From positions 1 through 56,171 of IMG/VR virus record IMGVR_UViG_3300033143_006337: DNA of 56,171 nucleotides. One strand, 5' to 3'. Below the pieces are notes generated by a model, which saw only the letters and a program-made list of their open reading frames with translations, was not told where the DNA came from and did no database searches. This document shows, in pieces, positions 32,741-41,718 of this stretch (positions are counted from its first letter, which is position 1; each line of letters opens with the position of its first letter). This DNA is from a virus (taxonomy: Duplodnaviria > Caudoviricetes). Position numbers and translations under genes: made by a program.

Positions 32741-34342
32741 ATGAAATATCGTTCTAAAACAGATTATGCAGCAATCTATGCTGGTGATAAAGAAGGATAC
32801 AACATTGGTTTAGATGGGAGTATCTTTCTAAGAAAAGAAACTACCCCCAGGACTTTTAACGCTCCCAGGATCGGAACACAGGGACTTTCAGAAGGAGATA
32901 CAGCTGCTTCAACAGATATCTCAGGTGGAACTGATGATAATGTAGATGTTGCTGTTGATGGTGGAAGTGTTGTGACTGCGAATATCGCTTCTCTTGTTGG
33001 TCTTAGTACTGGGGCTTTGATTGCAGCTGCTCTTGAAGTAGCTATTAATGCTGCTCTTGCTGCAGATAGCCAAGATGCAAGGGTATGGGTAGATTTCGAT
33101 GGTGGTGATGATCATTACGAGATTTACAGTCAATTCACTGGACTTTCTTCTGCTGTTGTTATCACTGACTCTGCAGGCGACAACTTAGCAGACGATTTGA
33201 AAATTGGTGTTGCAAATGCCGGTACTGAAACTGCTGGAACTGATGATCAAGATTTCTTGCTCTATACAACAGGTGGTCCTACGTATTCTCAGCCAGTGGA
33301 ATCCAATGCCCATAGAAACGGACGTTTCCACACTGGGATTATACGAAAAAAGAAGGTTGCAGAGTTTGATATTGACACAATGATCAATATGAGCGGCAAT
33401 GCAGGGGATTCCTTGGATACAGCTATCAGGCTGCTCCTGGAGAACGTCTTTGGTCTTGAGACTGTTGTTGCGGCAACTTCAATTGATTATGAGCAAGGAC
33501 TTCCTAACTTTTATTTCTCAATGGTCCGAGTATCGACTATCTTTGGTGAGTACTTCACAGGTGCTTATGCCAAAGATATGACAATGACTCTTCCAGGTGA
33601 TAACCCAGGAACTTTCAAGTTTACTGGAAAAGCTGAGAAAGCTTCTATTGCTGGGCTTGCTCAATTAGATGGTGATGTTATTGCTTCTGCTGATGTTATC
33701 CTGAATGTTGATGAATCTGAAAGGTATACTGCTAACTCGAGAGTTATGCTTGTCGGTTTAGACGGTAGAACAATTCTTGCTGGTGCAGATGGAAGTCTTT
33801 ACGTAGCAAGTTTAGATCATGCTTTAGAAAAGGTGGTTTTAAGTGCTGCAGTGGATGCTGAAGATGATGGTTACTTAGTTCCTTGGAATCCAGGGGCAGT
33901 ACAACAGACAGGTAGAGATAATATCTACACTGATCTTGAGGGGAGCATCAAGCTTAACTCTACTGGTCAGGAGATTTGCACAACAAACATCGTTCTTTCA
34001 GCTACGAACGACCATATAGACAAAGACAACTGCTTTGGTGCAGATGCTAACAGAGGTTTTGTTGCAGGCAATCGCTTAACACTAAATCTTGCTGTTACTT
34101 TTGATCTAAGTAATGAAAACTTTGCAGATGTTGTGCAGGCAAGAGAGTTCGCAGGATTTGCACCAGAGATTGTTGTAGGGGATACTTCAGGACGTTATCT
34201 AAAAGTAACCGCTCCTAAGTGGATTCCGAGTGTTCCAGCTTTGGAAGTTCCAGAAAACGGAACTACCCCAACTACGCTGGAAGGAACTCTTTATCAGTCT
34301 GATTCAGGTGCAAAAGATCCTATAAAATTGCGTTTTCTGTAA
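32741..34342 (+). CDS. Major tail tube protein with inserted domains
   Basis: Position before chaperones and tape measure; strong RBS and terminator; tube-like C-terminus NDHIDKDNCFG...GNR.TLNL.VTF. Confidence 0.75.
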   Translation: MKYRSKTDYAAIYAGDKEGYNIGLDGSIFLRKETTPRTFNAPRIGTQGLSEGDTAASTDISGGTDDNVDVAVDGGSVVTANIASLVGLSTGALIAAALEVAINAALAADSQDARVWVDFDGGDDHYEIYSQFTGLSSAVVITDSAGDNLADDLKIGVANAGTETAGTDDQDFLLYTTGGPTYSQPVESNAHRNGRFHTGIIRKKKVAEFDIDTMINMSGNAGDSLDTAIRLLLENVFGLETVVAATSIDYEQGLPNFYFSMVRVSTIFGEYFTGAYAKDMTMTLPGDNPGTFKFTGKAEKASIAGLAQLDGDVIASADVILNVDESERYTANSRVMLVGLDGRTILAGADGSLYVASLDHALEKVVLSAAVDAEDDGYLVPWNPGAVQQTGRDNIYTDLEGSIKLNSTGQEICTTNIVLSATNDHIDKDNCFGADANRGFVAGNRLTLNLAVTFDLSNENFADVVQAREFAGFAPEIVVGDTSGRYLKVTAPKWIPSVPALEVPENGTTPTTLEGTLYQSDSGAKDPIKLRFL

Positions 34343-34372
34343 GTTAGTTTTTGTGTACTCCTTTCTACTTAT

Positions 34373-34408
34373 AAAATCTGCCTGGGCTCTAGCGCCCAGG
34401 TGGATTTT
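34373..34408 (+). terminator. Intrinsic terminator after tail tube
   Basis: AAAATCTGCCTGGGC-N6-GCCCAGGTGGATTTT with G-U pairs valid on the plus strand. Confidence 0.8.
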
Positions 34409-34464
34409 CTGCTAAATATAATTAAGTACTAATACTTAATTTACTTCATAGAAAGGCGTGAGCA

Positions 34465-34959
34465 ATGGCACTATCAGTAACACAGACCAAGAGACTAAAT
34501 GCAGTAAGAATCATCTCTAAGAAAGATCCCTCAATTGACTGGGATCAAACCTCTGAAGAAGATTGGAAAACTTATTGCGAAGATCCAACCAAAAATGAAG
34601 CTTTGATAAAGCTTAAACCAGATCAAGCCCCCACAATTTTCCTTTGCAACTTTGAGCTTTCCGGTAGAGAAAGAGCAACCGGAAAAGATTCAATGGTGAA
34701 GGGGATTGATGATGAGAAAAACGTGCAGGTATCCTATGGGTATTGGTCCTATACGATTGTGAGAATGATCCTGAAGGAGATTCAAAACCCACCAGGTACC
34801 AAAGATGGTATCGTGCTTAAAAAAGATCCTAAAGGCTATGTGGATGACTACACGATGAGTATTCTGGACAGGCCAAACCTGGGGTTAGTGGCAGAAATTT
34901 TTAACCACTATATGACATTATCAGAAGAAGATGAGACAAAGGCTGAATCAAAAAACTGA
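34465..34959 (+). CDS. Tail assembly chaperone (lambda gpG equivalent)
   Basis: Between tube and tape measure; ends in slippery A AAA AAC TGA. Confidence 0.8.
   Translation: MALSVTQTKRLNAVRIISKKDPSIDWDQTSEEDWKTYCEDPTKNEALIKLKPDQAPTIFLCNFELSGRERATGKDSMVKGIDDEKNVQVSYGYWSYTIVRMILKEIQNPPGTKDGIVLKKDPKGYVDDYTMSILDRPNLGLVAEIFNHYMTLSEEDETKAESKN
34950..34956 (+). other. Programmed -1 ribosomal frameshift site
   Basis: A AAA AAC heptamer; the -1 frame reads CTG ATA GGC GCA TTG GTA into ORF 34968..35378. Confidence 0.85.
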
Positions 34960-34967
34960 TAGGCGCA

Positions 34968-35378
34968 TTGGTAGATCTTTATTTTGCCAGTGCGGGAAAC
35001 AAAAAACTTTGCTCCTGTAGTATTTGCCCGAAGGAGCAAAAGAAACTTAGAAATTGTGAGCAGAAAGGTTTTCGTAATGTTAAGAAACCAAGAAGAGTTG
35101 ACGGTATGGGGATGGAATTTTATTTCTGCCCAGGTAAAGCTCAGTGGTATCCAAACATTGCGGAAACTTTTGAGCAGTGCAGGATAGCTCTTGAGACTGG
35201 CATTATGCCAGAGACAGGAAGCTTCTTAGATCAAAATGAACTTTTTGTAGAAGCTTTTCCTTTGTTTGTTGAGAGATGGAAGTACAGGAAGTACTTAGCG
35301 ATTTGGCAAGATGTAATGGAGTACACACCGAAGGTTTTGGAAGCTGTTGGAAGAATGTTCGGTGGAAAGGCTAAATAG
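34968..35378 (+). CDS. Tail assembly chaperone extension (gpT equivalent)
   Basis: -1 frame relative to upstream gene, no good RBS, stop overlaps tape measure start. Confidence 0.8.
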   Translation: MVDLYFASAGNKKLCSCSICPKEQKKLRNCEQKGFRNVKKPRRVDGMGMEFYFCPGKAQWYPNIAETFEQCRIALETGIMPETGSFLDQNELFVEAFPLFVERWKYRKYLAIWQDVMEYTPKVLEAVGRMFGGKAK

Positions 35379-38300
35379 TGGCGATCAAAACAACAGATGA
35401 ATTCAGAATTCCCATTAGTGTTGAGAATGAAACTGATGCTGATTTCAAGAAAATGGAAGTTACGGTAGCCAAAACCCTCGGTACTTTAAAAAATTACCAA
35501 AGGGCTAAAGCTCAGCTTGATAAAACCTCTCAATCTTTAAGTGCTTCTCTTGAGGTCACTAATCAACAGGTTCAGACAATTTCGGCAAGCTATATGCATG
35601 CTTCAAAAACTAGTGGAAAATTTACAGAAGCAATAACTAAGCAAACATCTGCTGTCCAACAACTATCAAGTACTTTTGCAACAATAGGAAATGTAGTTTC
35701 TCAGACAACTCAGTTCTTTAGTAATCTCATAAATATTATTGATGTTCTTACTGATCCTGAAAAGCTTAGGCGTTTCTCACAGCTGCTTTCTATTTTATCC
35801 ATTATTATGAGACTAAAAGGACAAAAAGAATTTTCGCAAAGACTTAGAGGCATGTCTAAAAACCTCGATTCGTTTGCAGATAGAATGGAGGTAATACGGG
35901 AAAGAGGTACTGATTTTCAGCAACTTGCGGATAGGGCAGAGATTGCTCAAACAGCTTTGGATGTAATGGAAGGTACTGTTAAAGGTCTTGCTGTTACTTT
36001 TGTAGGTCTTGGTCTTTCAACTCTTATACGTGGATTTGACCGTACAAGAGATTCAGTATTTCAGACAGCTAAAGTGTTTACTGGATTTGGAGGAACAGTA
36101 GCAAAAACTGGTTTTCTTATGGCTAATAAATTCAGACCATCTTTGCTTAAAGCTACAGAAGCTGGTCTTTTACTTTCACCAGTGCTTTTAGGTCTTGGAG
36201 CATTGATGAAAAATACTGATAATCAATTTATTAGATTTGCTGGAACTCTTGCAAGTATTGCTGCGATTATCTTGGGAAGTTTTGCAACTGCTATGCTTTT
36301 TGCACTACGTATTGTTGGAGATTTATTTATAGCTATAGGAGATAAACTTGTAGGGGCTATGGCTTCCTTTCAAAAGAAATCTATAATAATGGAAGAAAGT
36401 ATTAGAAGTCTTACTTTTACCATTCAAGGTTTTTCAAGGGAGCTTGGAGTAGGTGCTGTAGGATCTGTTGAGCTTTGGACAGAAGAAATTGAAAAGCTTA
36501 ATGATACTACTAAAGCGACAAGAAAAGAACTCACTAAATCTGCAAAGCTTATGATTTCTGAAGGAATTGCAATAGGCTTGACACTTGAGCAAAATATAAA
36601 ATTATTTCAAGCTGTTTCAGATATTGCTGCTGATACTGGGAAAAAACATGACGACGTAACGCAAAGAATTATAAGTGCATTGGCTGGGCAATCACAGTCT
36701 GTTCTTGCTCTTGGTATTAATACAAGAGAAACAGCTTTAGAACATAGCAAATTTGTGCAAGAGCTTGAGACAACTACAGATGCGCTTTCTGAAGAAGGAA
36801 AAGTGCTTGCTAGGCTCAGTATTATTTTTGACAGAGCTAATAAAGTAACTGGAGCAGCTGTTGCTGAAGCACAAAGTATTGCAGGAGCTACTGAGATTTA
36901 TGATAAAAGACTTGTACAGCTTCAGGAAAGACTTGGTAAACAAGGGGAGCTTACTAGGATTTTAATTTCTTTACAGACAAGACTTGTTAACGTATTTCTA
37001 AAATTCCCAGAACCAATAATATCAATAGTTGGAAATTTACAGGATTTTCTCGGTGTATCTCTCAAGATTGTTGGTGTTGTTATAAAGTACGCTGTTATTA
37101 TCTCAACTCTTACAACTGTCTACTTACTTCTAAATGCTGCTCTTGTAAAAAATGGGATTATACAGGGCTTTGTACAAAGAGCTTTTGTCATAACTGCAGC
37201 TGCAATAAATACTTCTACAGGGGCAGCTACAACAAATGTGATAGCTACTAACAGTATGTCAGCTGCTCTTTTGAATTTGTCTAATATTATTAGAGGATCT
37301 TTAGTAGTTGCTCTTACTAAATTGAGGTCTGCACTAACTATCACAGCTGTCTTTGGTACTCTTACAGCAGTGATAGGTAAAGTAACTATTGCTGTTGGGC
37401 TTATGTCTAAAGCTGTTATTGCTTTTTTACTTCATCCTGTTGTCCTAGCCGTTACTGCAATAACTGTTACTTTTCTTGCAGCTAAAGAAGCGATTGCAGG
37501 AGTGGTGGAGGAAACAGAATTTCTTAATAAGGCTTTTGCAGAGAATATAGAGCATACAAAAAAAGCAACAAAAGAAATCGATATCTTTGGAAAACTCTGG
37601 GAACTTGCTGTAAAAGCTGGCCATAAATTTTGGAAGCTTATGGTAGATATCATAAAATTTGCAATTCTTGGATACATTGGGGCAACGGTAAAAGCTGTTA
37701 TTGCAATTAAGCAATTACGAATTGCTTGGAATGAATTCACTGGGGATGATGATGAAGCCGAGGGGCTTAGAGAACAAGTTGTGATGCTTGAACAGGCTTT
37801 TAATGATTTAAGACTTACAGCCAATCTTACTAAGCTTGATATTGGTGGGGCTTTTTCATTAGAGATGAGATTAGCTGCAAAAAATATGCGGAGAAAAATT
37901 GATGAAGCTAAAGACAGTGTTATTAAATTTGATACCTCTCTAAGAACTTTAGCAGAGCTAGGAAGAGCTGCTTTTGATCCTAAGAAGCTTAGGCTTGAGA
38001 TATTTGCAGATGAATTTAAACGTGCTGAAATTGCTATGAGTGAACTATCTTTAGCTCATGCAAAAGTTACAGATCAATTTGCAAAAGATAGGTCAAACGA
38101 AGAACTTAGGGAACAGTTTATAAAAACAAAAAGAGATGCTGCTAGAGCTTTTATTGAGCTTGGAAAACTTCGTATTGATACTGTTAATAACTGGGCAGAT
38201 CAGGAAAGAAGACTTGTAATTGATAGGCTTAAGAATGAAGAGAAATTTGTAGAAGCTATAAGGATGGAGAACACTGCTAGGTTAAAAGCTATTGATGAGC

Positions 38301-40426
38301 AAGTAAGAAATTTTCAACGAATATTTGGAAGAAGATCAAAAGAAGTTGAGCAGGTGCAAAGGCTTAGAAAAGAACTTGAAAAGGTAAATGCAGAGGAGCT
38401 TAAGCGAGCAAAAGAAAAAGCTGGACAAACACCATTAGAAGCAGCCGGGGAGGCGTTTTTAGCTGCCTTTGGACAAATTGACAGCCTACAAAAAATTATG
38501 ACTTCAGATGAGCCAGGAGAAAAAATCTGGGATGCTTTCAAAAAAGGCTCCACACTTGCTAAAGAAGCAATCAAAGCAGGTTGGGATGCTGCATCTAGCG
38601 CTGTTGTTATGATTGCCTCTGGTGTTGCAAAAGGAATTAGAGCAGGAGTTGATTTTCTGGAGAATCTTTTTGGTGGTAAATATATAAATGAGATTACAAA
38701 AGTATTCTCATTCATTGGCGATGTTCCCACTATGCTGCTGAAAGCTTTTTCTAATCTCGATGTTGCTCTTGAAAAATTCATAGATACTTTCCCAAGGGCA
38801 GTAGAGCGGATTTTCAAAAAATTACCTTCGATCCTGGAGAATATTCTTAGAGCAATTCCAATTGTGATCGAACAATTTGTAAGATCTTTCCCAAAACTCA
38901 CAGAAGCTTTGCTGGCTGCTATACCGCAACTTGTTGATATTCTTAGCAAAAATCTACCAAAGCTGGTTTCTTCCATTGCTTCTCAACTTCCAGCCATAGC
39001 AGATGCATTGCTTGAAAAAATGCCGGAATTTATCGAAGCAATTTCATTTGCGATGGTCGCATTAATTGAGCGAGTACCGGAATTTTTGGAAGTAATTTTG
39101 CAAAGACTTCCAGCCATCATAACTATGCTCCTGGAAGAAGCTCTACCAAGGGTAGGTAGAGCCATCATGGAAATTATCCCAGCGGTTTTTGAGATCATTA
39201 TGAGGGAATTAGTACCCATCACCAGAGTGTTAACTGAGGGACTTGTAGCAGCTGCAGGAGATCTTGCAGTAGCTTTCATAGACGTGTTTTTGGTACGTGG
39301 GGGATTAGAGCGCATAGTTATGGCACTTATAAAATATCTCCCGGTCATTGCTTGGCAACTTGTCGTAGGGATTATTGAGGGGCTTAAGAAAGCAATAAAA
39401 GCAGTTGGGGAAGCATTTTTTAGTGGTGTTTCAATGAAAGGCTTCTCAGATAAATTTAGTGAAGTTGTGGATGAAGGTGTTTCAGCTGTAGGAGAAAGCA
39501 TAGCTCGCTCAACTAGTGAGCTTTTCCAAGTACAGGAATTAGCGTTAAGAGCAAGAGGAGCTACGATTGGTGATGATATTCGTAATGCTATCTTAAGCTC
39601 AATTGAAATTGCTGGGATAAAAGTTGCTGGCTGGTGGGAAGCTTTTAGAATGTTGTGGCAGAAGTTTATCAATAACTTAAAAGCAGCATGGAACTGGGTA
39701 GCGGAGAAGATCATCAATCCAATCTGGGATCTTATTACTAAGCCTTGGATTTGGATTTGGGATAATATTTTATCTGTTATTCCTAAGCTTATTAGAAAAG
39801 CATGGGAACCAGTAGCAGCATTGCTTGATCTTTTCAAAATAGAAATCCCTGTACCAGAATGGTTGTCAAAATTCGAAAATATTGTTGATGCTTTGCTTGA
39901 TTGGGATTGGCCGTCGTTTGCAATGGGTGGTCTTGCTACTGGAGCGCAAAAAAGAATAGCTGCAGCTGGCTCAGAGATTTCTGATAGGTGGAAACGCTCT
40001 GATGCTGGTAAAGCAGTTTCTTCTGTAGGAAGTGCAGCTGAATCTGTAGGAATTAGTACGCCAAGGTTTGCAGAAGGTGGGCTTGCTTATGAAATGGGAG
40101 AAATCGTTAAGGGTATTACCTATGCTCAGCGTGGTTCAAAAGCAATCGGAACTGATACTATCCCCGCAATGCTAACACCAGGGGAATTTATTGTTAACCG
40201 AGAAGCCACAAGAGCAAACCTGGGGTTACTGAGCTTTATTAACCAATCAAAAGGAGCGGTTACTCCTGTACAGGCTTCTACAAATATTTCCGTAGTTATA
40301 AATGCAAAAACTGATCTTAGCGCAGCGCAAATTAGAAGGGAAGTTGTACCGGCATTGGAAAAACATCTTAGACGTAAATCACAGGAAGGCGGTTTTGTCC
40401 TTGCTGCAGCTGGAGTAAGAGCCTAA
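35378..40426 (+). CDS. Tape measure protein
   Basis: 1682 aa helical, hydrophobic segments, LP-repeat and W-repeat regions, FAEGG...DTIPAMLTPGEFIV. Confidence 0.95.
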   Translation: MAIKTTDEFRIPISVENETDADFKKMEVTVAKTLGTLKNYQRAKAQLDKTSQSLSASLEVTNQQVQTISASYMHASKTSGKFTEAITKQTSAVQQLSSTFATIGNVVSQTTQFFSNLINIIDVLTDPEKLRRFSQLLSILSIIMRLKGQKEFSQRLRGMSKNLDSFADRMEVIRERGTDFQQLADRAEIAQTALDVMEGTVKGLAVTFVGLGLSTLIRGFDRTRDSVFQTAKVFTGFGGTVAKTGFLMANKFRPSLLKATEAGLLLSPVLLGLGALMKNTDNQFIRFAGTLASIAAIILGSFATAMLFALRIVGDLFIAIGDKLVGAMASFQKKSIIMEESIRSLTFTIQGFSRELGVGAVGSVELWTEEIEKLNDTTKATRKELTKSAKLMISEGIAIGLTLEQNIKLFQAVSDIAADTGKKHDDVTQRIISALAGQSQSVLALGINTRETALEHSKFVQELETTTDALSEEGKVLARLSIIFDRANKVTGAAVAEAQSIAGATEIYDKRLVQLQERLGKQGELTRILISLQTRLVNVFLKFPEPIISIVGNLQDFLGVSLKIVGVVIKYAVIISTLTTVYLLLNAALVKNGIIQGFVQRAFVITAAAINTSTGAATTNVIATNSMSAALLNLSNIIRGSLVVALTKLRSALTITAVFGTLTAVIGKVTIAVGLMSKAVIAFLLHPVVLAVTAITVTFLAAKEAIAGVVEETEFLNKAFAENIEHTKKATKEIDIFGKLWELAVKAGHKFWKLMVDIIKFAILGYIGATVKAVIAIKQLRIAWNEFTGDDDEAEGLREQVVMLEQAFNDLRLTANLTKLDIGGAFSLEMRLAAKNMRRKIDEAKDSVIKFDTSLRTLAELGRAAFDPKKLRLEIFADEFKRAEIAMSELSLAHAKVTDQFAKDRSNEELREQFIKTKRDAARAFIELGKLRIDTVNNWADQERRLVIDRLKNEEKFVEAIRMENTARLKAIDEQVRNFQRIFGRRSKEVEQVQRLRKELEKVNAEELKRAKEKAGQTPLEAAGEAFLAAFGQIDSLQKIMTSDEPGEKIWDAFKKGSTLAKEAIKAGWDAASSAVVMIASGVAKGIRAGVDFLENLFGGKYINEITKVFSFIGDVPTMLLKAFSNLDVALEKFIDTFPRAVERIFKKLPSILENILRAIPIVIEQFVRSFPKLTEALLAAIPQLVDILSKNLPKLVSSIASQLPAIADALLEKMPEFIEAISFAMVALIERVPEFLEVILQRLPAIITMLLEEALPRVGRAIMEIIPAVFEIIMRELVPITRVLTEGLVAAAGDLAVAFIDVFLVRGGLERIVMALIKYLPVIAWQLVVGIIEGLKKAIKAVGEAFFSGVSMKGFSDKFSEVVDEGVSAVGESIARSTSELFQVQELALRARGATIGDDIRNAILSSIEIAGIKVAGWWEAFRMLWQKFINNLKAAWNWVAEKIINPIWDLITKPWIWIWDNILSVIPKLIRKAWEPVAALLDLFKIEIPVPEWLSKFENIVDALLDWDWPSFAMGGLATGAQKRIAAAGSEISDRWKRSDAGKAVSSVGSAAESVGISTPRFAEGGLAYEMGEIVKGITYAQRGSKAIGTDTIPAMLTPGEFIVNREATRANLGLLSFINQSKGAVTPVQASTNISVVINAKTDLSAAQIRREVVPALEKHLRRKSQEGGFVLAAAGVRA

Positions 40427-41718
40427 TGACGACAACAGAAAAAGGTTATCTTGAGCAGGATTATTTAGACCAACCTTACTTGTCTGGTCTTAAGCAAAAT
40501 GGTGGTGGTTTCCAGGCTGAGATGAAGATTGTTGACAAGCAGGAAGCCACTGGCTTTCAATCTGATATTCTTATCGTTACTCCTAGTAGTGGCATACTTG
40601 GAATGCAGGCTAAATTTGGAAAGCTTGCACATTATATTTGTGGAGAAGGATATTTAGAAAGAGAATATCTGGAAGAATCTTATCTAACTGAATGCATGTA
40701 CGCAACACAGGGCTTTCAGGCTGAGATGCTTATTGTTGGCCCAAGTGATGATTATCATTTGGGTATGCAAGCCGATATGAAAATTGAAGATGGTGGTGAT
40801 GACTATCATTTAGGTATGCAAGCCGAGATGAAAGTACTTACAGATACCCCTGTAGGTATGCAGGCTGAGATGCTGCGAGCAGTTGCTACTGGTTTCCAAG
40901 GTACCTTTGTAATTTATAATACAGAGCAGCTAAGGATTATGTGTGAGTTTCCTTCTCGCGGGGATGGTACAAACTGGACTTCGACAAGTACAAAATCAGG
41001 AGACTTCTCACCTAATAATCTGAACACAGATATTTTAGAGCAAAGGTGGCAATCAGACGGAGTTATTGCACTTGTAGAGCTTCGCTGCGACGTAGGGGCA
41101 GGACTGACAGCTTTCAATGATACTACTGCAATCCTAAACCACAACTTTTCTATTGGTGCAAGAGTAGAGCTGCAAGGAACTTCAGATCCTACTTACGGTT
41201 CAATTGAGTTTAGTACTGTTATGACTACTGAGCTTGAGAATATGTATTACATTGCACCAAGTCTACCAACTTCCGGGTATCGTTATTGGCGTTTCATTAT
41301 TCAAGATGTCAGTAACGCAGATGGATTTTTGTCCGTTGGAACTATTGTCTTTGGATCTTCACAGATCTTTTCACTTAATGAATGCTTTCAGCTTCCTGTA
41401 ACATTCGGTAAGCGTCATTTTAAGGATTCAATGGAAACTGAAGGCTTCACAAACGTATCTAATGATAGGGCAATGAGAAAATTTTTAGGGCTTTCTTTTG
41501 CTCAGCTTAGTTTTGACGGTGGGAATTATAGGTTGTTACAAAACTACTTTTCTTTTGCAAAAACAGATCTTAAGTGTTTGGTCATACCGCGGCCAACTAG
41601 ACCAAGCTCCCTAGCAGTGTTTGCTAAGCTTAACCAACTTCCAGAAGAGAATCATAATGCTCTTGAGGATAATGATTGGCATGTTGATTTGGCTTTAGAC
41701 TGGGATGAAAGTTTATAA
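40426..41718 (+). CDS. Distal tail protein with N-terminal repeats
   Basis: Directly after tape measure; G(F/M)QAEM repeats; discoidin-like ILNHN...YRYWR domain. Confidence 0.7.
   Translation: MTTTEKGYLEQDYLDQPYLSGLKQNGGGFQAEMKIVDKQEATGFQSDILIVTPSSGILGMQAKFGKLAHYICGEGYLEREYLEESYLTECMYATQGFQAEMLIVGPSDDYHLGMQADMKIEDGGDDYHLGMQAEMKVLTDTPVGMQAEMLRAVATGFQGTFVIYNTEQLRIMCEFPSRGDGTNWTSTSTKSGDFSPNNLNTDILEQRWQSDGVIALVELRCDVGAGLTAFNDTTAILNHNFSIGARVELQGTSDPTYGSIEFSTVMTTELENMYYIAPSLPTSGYRYWRFIIQDVSNADGFLSVGTIVFGSSQIFSLNECFQLPVTFGKRHFKDSMETEGFTNVSNDRAMRKFLGLSFAQLSFDGGNYRLLQNYFSFAKTDLKCLVIPRPTRPSSLAVFAKLNQLPEENHNALEDNDWHVDLALDWDESL
40745..40833 (+). repeat. 51-bp-period coding repeat
   Basis: GTGATGATTATCATTTGGGTATGCAAGCCGA at 40745 and near-identical copy at 40796 (DDYHLGMQA.MK). 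Confidence 0.85.

Noticed and set aside
32741-34342. Contractile sheath (myovirus) interpretation of the 533-aa protein
   Set aside because: No separate tube gene follows, no baseplate wedge or J-like genes are recognisable, and gene order is siphoviral
37120-39837. Long minus-strand ORFs of up to 284 aa inside the tape measure gene
   Set aside because: Antisense shadows of an Ala/Leu/Ile-rich gene; Ser/Ala/Ile-biased, no RBS or motifs
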